Positions 58,295-64,000 of a DNA stretch of 64,000 nucleotides are shown piece after piece; the first letter of the stretch is position 1; each line of letters starts with the position of its first letter. Position numbers and translations under genes: made by a program. A model generated the notes under the pieces. That model had not been told where the DNA came from and searched no databases. It saw nothing but the letters and a program-made list of their open reading frames with translations. The DNA comes from Candidatus Peribacteraceae bacterium (GTDB lineage Bacteria > Patescibacteriota > Gracilibacteria > Peribacterales > Peribacteraceae), in contig JBEBFT010000001.1 of assembly GCA_040081825.1 (NCBI GenBank), forward strand, positions 67,580 to 131,579, written 5' to 3'.

Positions 58295-59653
58295 TTACGG
58301 CAGTGTCACGCTCGCTTCGTTGCTGTAGCCAGAGTCACCAGCTGGGTTGAATGCACGAACGCGGTATGTGTACATTATTCCTCCAGTTCCGGTATCGAGG
58401 TAGAACATCGTATTCGGTACGAAGGTTTTGATCTGACTGAAGGAACCAGCGCCAATCTTTCTCTCAAGTTTATAGAGTGTTTCATTGGTTGCGTTGTCGA
58501 TCCAGTTTAGAGCGATTTTGGTTGCTCCTGAAGCAGTTGCCGAGAGAGACGTGGGATCTGCTGGAAGCGTGTAGGTGTGCACTGAAGAAGAGAAGGCGTA
58601 CGCAGAGTTTCCAGCTGCGTTATATGCTCGTACTCTGTACGAGTAGATATGGTTTGCTGTCACTGTGTTGTCAGTATAGTTTGTAACGTTTACGCCAACA
58701 GTCGCGATTTCGGCATAGGCAGCACTATCAGTGCTTCTCTCGATTTTGAAGCCGTCTTCGACAATCGCGTTATCAGTCCAGGCGAGGGCAATGTCAGAAC
58801 CTGCAATAGTCGCTGACAAGCTTGTGGGAGCTGCTGGGACCGTATTTGCTGTAGCTGTGTTTGTGTACGCTGAGTTCGCACCTGTGTTATAGGCACGCAC
58901 TTGATATGTATAACTGTGGTTTGCTGTCACGGTCGTATCTGTGTACGTGACAACGTTTGCACCGACAGTGGTGATTTCGGAAAAAGCTCCTCCATCCGTA
59001 CTTCGCTCAATCTTGAAGCCGTCTTCAACTGTTGTGTTGTCCGTCCAATTAAGAGCAATATTGGTGCTGACATTGGATGCAATTAAACTCGTTGGAGCAA
59101 CAAGTGGCGTGAATGTGACAACGGCCGCGAGTCGGCTAAGACGAACACCTTTCGTACCAGCGGAGAGCACAGCACCGATCTGGAGGGTGCTAGCTGCTAA
59201 CTTGATGTGCGAAAGGCTGCTGAAGTTCGTTGTAGCAAGCGCAACGGGTGTTGTTCCGGAAACGGAATAGCTTCCTGCGTCCGCACTATTTACTCCCGTA
59301 AAGCGGTAGAAGACATTCATAGTCGAGTTCGAGCCACCACCACTGTTTTTGGAAGCACATGGAGTGATGCTGATCTGTGTAATTTTGGAGCCATCGGAAA
59401 CCCCACTGAGGTCAACGCCATACGAATCGCGTTCTCCGATTGTCGTTTCTCTGTTGTAGTCTGTCGTTCCATTACAAGTTGATTCATCCACCAGTGTGTA
59501 ATGTGTGGCGCCGGCACTTGGCGTCCACTGAGCGTAGGTTCCATCACTTGTGGGCAACAGAGTGCCAGTGACATCAGCATGCGCAAGTGGAGTACCTACG
59601 ATAGATACTACAAACAGCACAGCGACTAAACGTGTGAGTCGATTTATGTTCAT
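58295..59653 (-). CDS. Secreted protein with three FN3 repeats
   Basis: Repeats of L.WTDN...E.GFKIERS...Y.YRVRAYN; signal peptide. Confidence 0.88.
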   Translation of the reverse strand: MNINRLTRLVAVLFVVSIVGTPLAHADVTGTLLPTSDGTYAQWTPSAGATHYTLVDESTCNGTTDYNRETTIGERDSYGVDLSGVSDGSKITQISITPCASKNSGGGSNSTMNVFYRFTGVNSADAGSYSVSGTTPVALATTNFSSLSHIKLAASTLQIGAVLSAGTKGVRLSRLAAVVTFTPLVAPTSLIASNVSTNIALNWTDNTTVEDGFKIERSTDGGAFSEITTVGANVVTYTDTTVTANHSYTYQVRAYNTGANSAYTNTATANTVPAAPTSLSATIAGSDIALAWTDNAIVEDGFKIERSTDSAAYAEIATVGVNVTNYTDNTVTANHIYSYRVRAYNAAGNSAYAFSSSVHTYTLPADPTSLSATASGATKIALNWIDNATNETLYKLERKIGAGSFSQIKTFVPNTMFYLDTGTGGIMYTYRVRAFNPAGDSGYSNEASVTLP

Positions 59654-59722
59654 AAGTATGTGAGAAAAAATAAGATACTTACTATCGCAGCCTGTCTTTC
59701 GCTTAGCAATTGATAGGTAGTA

Positions 59723-60055
59723 TTAATTCTGTTTCTGTACCTGTGTCATCCACTCCAAATAACTAGTTGTTGCTTCTGCATTCCACTCTGCGACGTACGG
59801 ACAGTCGTACGGATGGATCGATTCGATTACCTGCCTGGCTTGTAGTGCAGTGGAGACCGATGTTTTGCAGAGGAGTAGCACCTCACGTGTCTTCTTGATT
59901 TTCCCTTCCCACATGAAAAGAGAACTGCACTTTGGGACGAGAACACCACAGGCGATCAGCCTTTTTTGCAGTAGCGCACGCGCAACTTTTTCCGCTGAAC
60001 GCTTGGTCGGAAACGTACTGAGGAGGAGAGTGATAGTAGTCGCACGCTTTTTCAT
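59723..60055 (-). CDS. cutA: Divalent-cation tolerance protein CutA
   Basis: RLIAC, SLFMWEGKI, HPYDCP. Confidence 0.88.
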   Translation of the reverse strand: MKKRATTITLLLSTFPTKRSAEKVARALLQKRLIACGVLVPKCSSLFMWEGKIKKTREVLLLCKTSVSTALQARQVIESIHPYDCPYVAEWNAEATTSYLEWMTQVQKQN

Positions 60056-60076
60056 GCTGCTGTACTCTACTCGTAT

Positions 60077-62593
60077 ATGACAGATCTGTCTCGTAGTCAC
60101 ATCTTGACTTCACTCGGAACATCGCCTGATGGATTACATGATGCCGAGGTGTTGGCTGCACGTACGCAACATGGCTGGAATGAGATTCCGATGAAGAAGC
60201 CGTCTCTCCTCGCACTTTTTCTCTCCCAGTTTAAAAGCACGATGGTGATGATCCTTCTCGGGGCAGTGGTTGTGTCGCTCGCGATGCCGTATCTCACGAG
60301 CCACACGGAGGGGAACGAAACACTGAATGCGTTCATTATTCTGGCGATCGTCATTCTGAATGCCGCGTTTGGCTTTGCTCAAGAGTGGCGTGCCGGCAAC
60401 GCCATCGCGAGCCTCAGGAAACTATCTGGTCCCGAAGCAAGAGTGAGACGTAACGGTACAGTCTCGATGATTGCTGCGCGTGAACTGGTACCCGGAGATC
60501 TGGTACAGCTCGAGGCCGGTGATCGCATCAGTGCTGATGCTGTACTGACCGTTGCGTCGTCGCTGGACATAGATGAATCCAGTCTCACGGGTGAGTCCGT
60601 TCCGGTGTCGAAGAAAGCAGAAGAGAGAGTCAGTACTTCCGATCGTTCATTTCTTCCAAGCATGGTGTACGCAGGCACACTTGTGACGCGTGGCTTTGGA
60701 GAAGCAGTGGTGTCTGAGACGGGACTGAAGACACAGATCGGCCACATTACTTCGATGGTGATGCAGTCTGAATCCCCAGAGACACCGCTTCAGCGAGACC
60801 TGCGCATTGTCGGACATCGCATTGGACTTGTTGTGCTTGGGCTCTCCGTGTTTATTTTCATCGTTGGCTTACTTCTGAATCGCGATCCGATCGAGATGTT
60901 TTTCGTCGCGATCAGCTTGGCAGTCGCAGCAGTACCCGAGGGTTTACCTGCTGTCGTCACTATTTGTCTCGCCATTGGTGTCACACGCATGTCGAAGAGA
61001 AATGCTCTCGTTCGTAAACTGGACGCTGTTGAGACGCTTGGATCAGTGACTGTCATCGCCGCAGATAAAACAGGGACAATGACCGAGAACCGGATGACCG
61101 CGACAAATGTCTGGACGATACCAGGTGTGACAGAAGAAGAGCTGCTGCAGGCTGCGGCGTCGTGCTCGAGAGCGGAGCTGCCTGATATCGGCGATCCAAC
61201 AGAGATCGCATTGCTCAGAGCCGCAGGCGATCGAGGGATTTCCAGAATCGCGATCGATGAGGAGGAAGTTCCCTTCACCTCGGAAGAGAAGTACATGGTG
61301 ACGGTGCATACAGCCAACGGTGTCAAAGTACGATACGCAAAAGGAGCTGTGGAAGTGATGATGCGAGTTGCAAAGAGCAGTGATCCGCTCATCACAGAAA
61401 CGAATGCAAACTATACGTCTGAGGGACTGCGCGTACTGGGGGTTGCAGCAGACACGGGTTCGGGTATGCGACTCCTCGGTCTTATCGCGATGATGGATCC
61501 TCCACGTGCAGAGGTGCGCGTGGCGATCGAGAAAGCTGAGAGCGCTGGCATCCGCACGTTTATGATTACCGGCGATCATCCTGCGACTGCATACTCGATT
61601 GCGGATCGTGTGGGTCTCACTTCCGATGGCGTCCTTACCGGCGCTGATCTCGACCGTCTGTCGGATGCGGAGCTCACACAGAAACTTGAGACCGTATCGG
61701 TGTTTGCGCGCGTCAGACCTGAGCACAAGGTTCGCATTCTTTCGCTTTTGCAGAAGAACGGTCACATCGCTGCTATGACAGGAGATGGCGTGAATGACGC
61801 ACCAGCACTTCGTCAGGCACATGTGGGCGTTGCTATGGGCAAAGTGGGAACCGATACAGCCAGGGAGTCATCGTCGATTGTGCTCACCGACGACAACTAC
61901 GCCACGATTGTTTCTGCGGTGGAGGAGGGGAGACGTATCTACGATAATATCCGTCGGTTCATTCTGTTTCTCATGAGGAGTAATGTCGGCGAAGTGCTCA
62001 CGGTTGCATGTTCGATGCTGCTCCTTCTTCCGCTTCCGCTTTTACCTTTGCATATTCTGTGGGTCAATTTGGTGACCGACAGTCTCCCAGCACTCGCTCT
62101 AGCGATGGAGCCGGGGAGTCCGCATCTGATGAAGAGAAAGCCGCGAAGCAGCTCGTCTGGAATTTTCACGGGCGAGTGGTCGCTCCTTCTTCTTGCAGGA
62201 GCATTCAACGCTGTTCTCTGTCTTGTGCTATTTATTTCAGCGCTGCACGCTCACGCCGATCTGACCACTGCTCGCACAGTTGCACTCACTGCACTGATCT
62301 TGTTCCAGTTCTGTCTCGCGTACTCGGTACGCACCAGACGCTTCTCGCTTCTGGAGCATCCGTTCGCTAATCCCTGGCTGATAGTTTCCATTCTCTTCTC
62401 CGTCGGGCTGCATGCCGCACTGCTTGCATCGCCATTTGCCGCGGTCATGCATCTCACGTTCCTGCCATTCTCGCAGTGGCTTACGATCACCCTCTGGACG
62501 CTGGTCACATTCTTGGTCTTCGAGTGTTGCAAGGTCCTCTTTTATCGACTCAGATCCTCGCACGACATTCGGCTGGGGCTTACTTCTTTCTAA
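60077..62593 (+). CDS. P-type cation-transporting ATPase (type II, Ca2+-like)
   Basis: LTGES, VPEGL, DKTGT, TGDH, GDGVNDAP, VNLVTD. Confidence 0.93.
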   Translation: MTDLSRSHILTSLGTSPDGLHDAEVLAARTQHGWNEIPMKKPSLLALFLSQFKSTMVMILLGAVVVSLAMPYLTSHTEGNETLNAFIILAIVILNAAFGFAQEWRAGNAIASLRKLSGPEARVRRNGTVSMIAARELVPGDLVQLEAGDRISADAVLTVASSLDIDESSLTGESVPVSKKAEERVSTSDRSFLPSMVYAGTLVTRGFGEAVVSETGLKTQIGHITSMVMQSESPETPLQRDLRIVGHRIGLVVLGLSVFIFIVGLLLNRDPIEMFFVAISLAVAAVPEGLPAVVTICLAIGVTRMSKRNALVRKLDAVETLGSVTVIAADKTGTMTENRMTATNVWTIPGVTEEELLQAAASCSRAELPDIGDPTEIALLRAAGDRGISRIAIDEEEVPFTSEEKYMVTVHTANGVKVRYAKGAVEVMMRVAKSSDPLITETNANYTSEGLRVLGVAADTGSGMRLLGLIAMMDPPRAEVRVAIEKAESAGIRTFMITGDHPATAYSIADRVGLTSDGVLTGADLDRLSDAELTQKLETVSVFARVRPEHKVRILSLLQKNGHIAAMTGDGVNDAPALRQAHVGVAMGKVGTDTARESSSIVLTDDNYATIVSAVEEGRRIYDNIRRFILFLMRSNVGEVLTVACSMLLLLPLPLLPLHILWVNLVTDSLPALALAMEPGSPHLMKRKPRSSSSGIFTGEWSLLLLAGAFNAVLCLVLFISALHAHADLTTARTVALTALILFQFCLAYSVRTRRFSLLEHPFANPWLIVSILFSVGLHAALLASPFAAVMHLTFLPFSQWLTITLWTLVTFLVFECCKVLFYRLRSSHDIRLGLTSF

Positions 62594-62652
62594 GGTCAGT
62601 TTTCTTACTAATGGACAGAGATTTAGGAAAGGGGTAGCGTACTGTCTATCCT

Positions 62653-63873
62653 ATGAATGCCCGTACTTCCGCACTGATAGCCGCAGCCGCAGTTGTTGCA
62701 GGCGCTATTCTGTTTCTACAGAGTTTTGATGCCGGGAAAATTGCCTGTCCGGATATCGCAGATGCTCGCGCCGAGCTACAGGCACAGTACGACACGGGAG
62801 TGAATGCAAGCGTGGAGGTCTACGCGGGTGAGCAGGCTACTGCAGACGAAGCACTCAGCCGATGCTTAAACGCAAATCCTAAGGACCCATGTGAAGACCT
62901 ACAGAAAGCACGCGACGTTGCAGTAAACGGTTTTAATGATATTCCTTCCCCACCCGATAGTGCTCCGTATGCTGAATTCCAGACGTACTTTGCGAAGCGT
63001 GACCAAGCATATAGCACATACAAGAATGCGAAGAGTGCTCTCGAACAGTGTCGCGCAGCAAATCCACCGAAGCCCGATGTTCCGTACGAGGAGTCCGATT
63101 CGAAAGTATGTTTTGATGTCTACGATGCATCCATCGGAGTAATGAGGGACAAGTTTACAAAGAATACGCAGATTCTTCGTAATGCTCTCCAGGCGGCTCT
63201 AGCAGCTCTGGATGCACGGGAAAAGGCATGTAACCCGCCGACTGGAGCAGAGTCGATCACGGATCCCTTCTGGGAAAGTGAGGAAGGGGGCACGACACCC
63301 ACGTCACTCCTCAACTGCAGACTGATTGATCCGAATTGGGATACCGAGCTATTCGTTCTACGCAGGAGAGCTGCCGCGCTGCCCGCAGAGATCCAGGCTA
63401 TCCAAGACAGTATCGAGAACATTGATGACAGAATGGATCCGCTGGAGCGCGACCTGCGCGATGTTGATACCTACATTCCGCCCGAGAGTGCAAAGTCACA
63501 GTATGAAGGAGCGATGAATGCGAAGCGAGCGGAGCGCAAAATCTCGATCGAGTTTTCGCTCGACTACTACCGTGGCCTTCTGCAGCGGAGGCAGGTAGAG
63601 AAGGTGGAGCTGGAGCAGGAATTGAGTGCTGTCCAAGCAAAGATTGCAGCGCGTCTTGCCCAAATTGAAAAAGAAAACCAAGCAAGGAAGCGGGCATTTC
63701 CCACGAACATTCATCTTTCAGGTCCCGATAAGTGCGAGTTTTACCACTGTCATGGAACGCTTTGCGGACGCCCGGACCCTGTGCAGGATGGCTGTGGTCA
63801 CGGCACGACGACGCAAGATGACGTGGAGTGTAAGAATTTTATCGAGACGTACTTGAAAGCCGCGGGGGTGTAG
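62653..63873 (+). CDS. Exported Cys-containing coiled-coil protein
   Basis: N-terminal TM, helical repeats and Cys/His-rich C-terminus. Confidence 0.65.
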   Translation: MNARTSALIAAAAVVAGAILFLQSFDAGKIACPDIADARAELQAQYDTGVNASVEVYAGEQATADEALSRCLNANPKDPCEDLQKARDVAVNGFNDIPSPPDSAPYAEFQTYFAKRDQAYSTYKNAKSALEQCRAANPPKPDVPYEESDSKVCFDVYDASIGVMRDKFTKNTQILRNALQAALAALDAREKACNPPTGAESITDPFWESEEGGTTPTSLLNCRLIDPNWDTELFVLRRRAAALPAEIQAIQDSIENIDDRMDPLERDLRDVDTYIPPESAKSQYEGAMNAKRAERKISIEFSLDYYRGLLQRRQVEKVELEQELSAVQAKIAARLAQIEKENQARKRAFPTNIHLSGPDKCEFYHCHGTLCGRPDPVQDGCGHGTTTQDDVECKNFIETYLKAAGV

Positions 63874-63937
63874 TTCTATGTCTGACTAACAAATTACGGG
63901 ATGCGAAATGGTGCTGCATCCTCTACAATAGTCGTAC

Positions 63938-63955
63938 GGAGAGGTGGCCGAGAGG
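63938..63955 (+). other. Isolated tRNA-Ser-like 5' fragment
   Basis: GGAGAGGTGGCCGAGAGG after a TACAAT -10-like box, followed by non-tRNA sequence. Confidence 0.5.
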
Positions 63956-64000
63956 CTTGCCTCGAGCGTTTCTTTCGCAAACACCAATATGCATGGTATT

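Overview
This is a chromosomal segment of a Patescibacteria (CPR) bacterium, most likely Peribacteria/Peregrinibacteria-like. That placement is an inference from the standard genetic code with TGA stops, pyrimidine-rich translation starts lacking Shine-Dalgarno motifs, purF/purD/folD plus murE, a VirB2-like pilin, a sortase and many PKD/FN3/SLH surface proteins. It carries housekeeping genes (holA, greA, gyrB, hisS, mnmA, prfA, purD, purF, typA, folD, tmk, groESL with a CIRCE box, tsaD, lgt, murE), five tRNA genes (Tyr, His, two Leu, Ser) and many orphan or secreted proteins. Five signals stand out. (1) A recurring gene-end duplication pattern around short hairpin inserts at tRNA-Tyr, gyrB and tRNA-His, with one copy carrying a GIY-YIG nuclease between nested inverted repeats; this may be a minimal mobile or homing system. 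(2) A 54-aa Cys-rich histone-fold gene missed by the ORF track. (3) An adjacent dockerin plus cohesin-FN3 operon with sortase-type tails. (4) A complete Ile-rich leader-peptide attenuator in front of unknown genes. (5) A covarying ~90-nt structured repeat in three copies and an in-frame palindromic insert in folD. All calls come from reading motifs by eye; no database searches were run.
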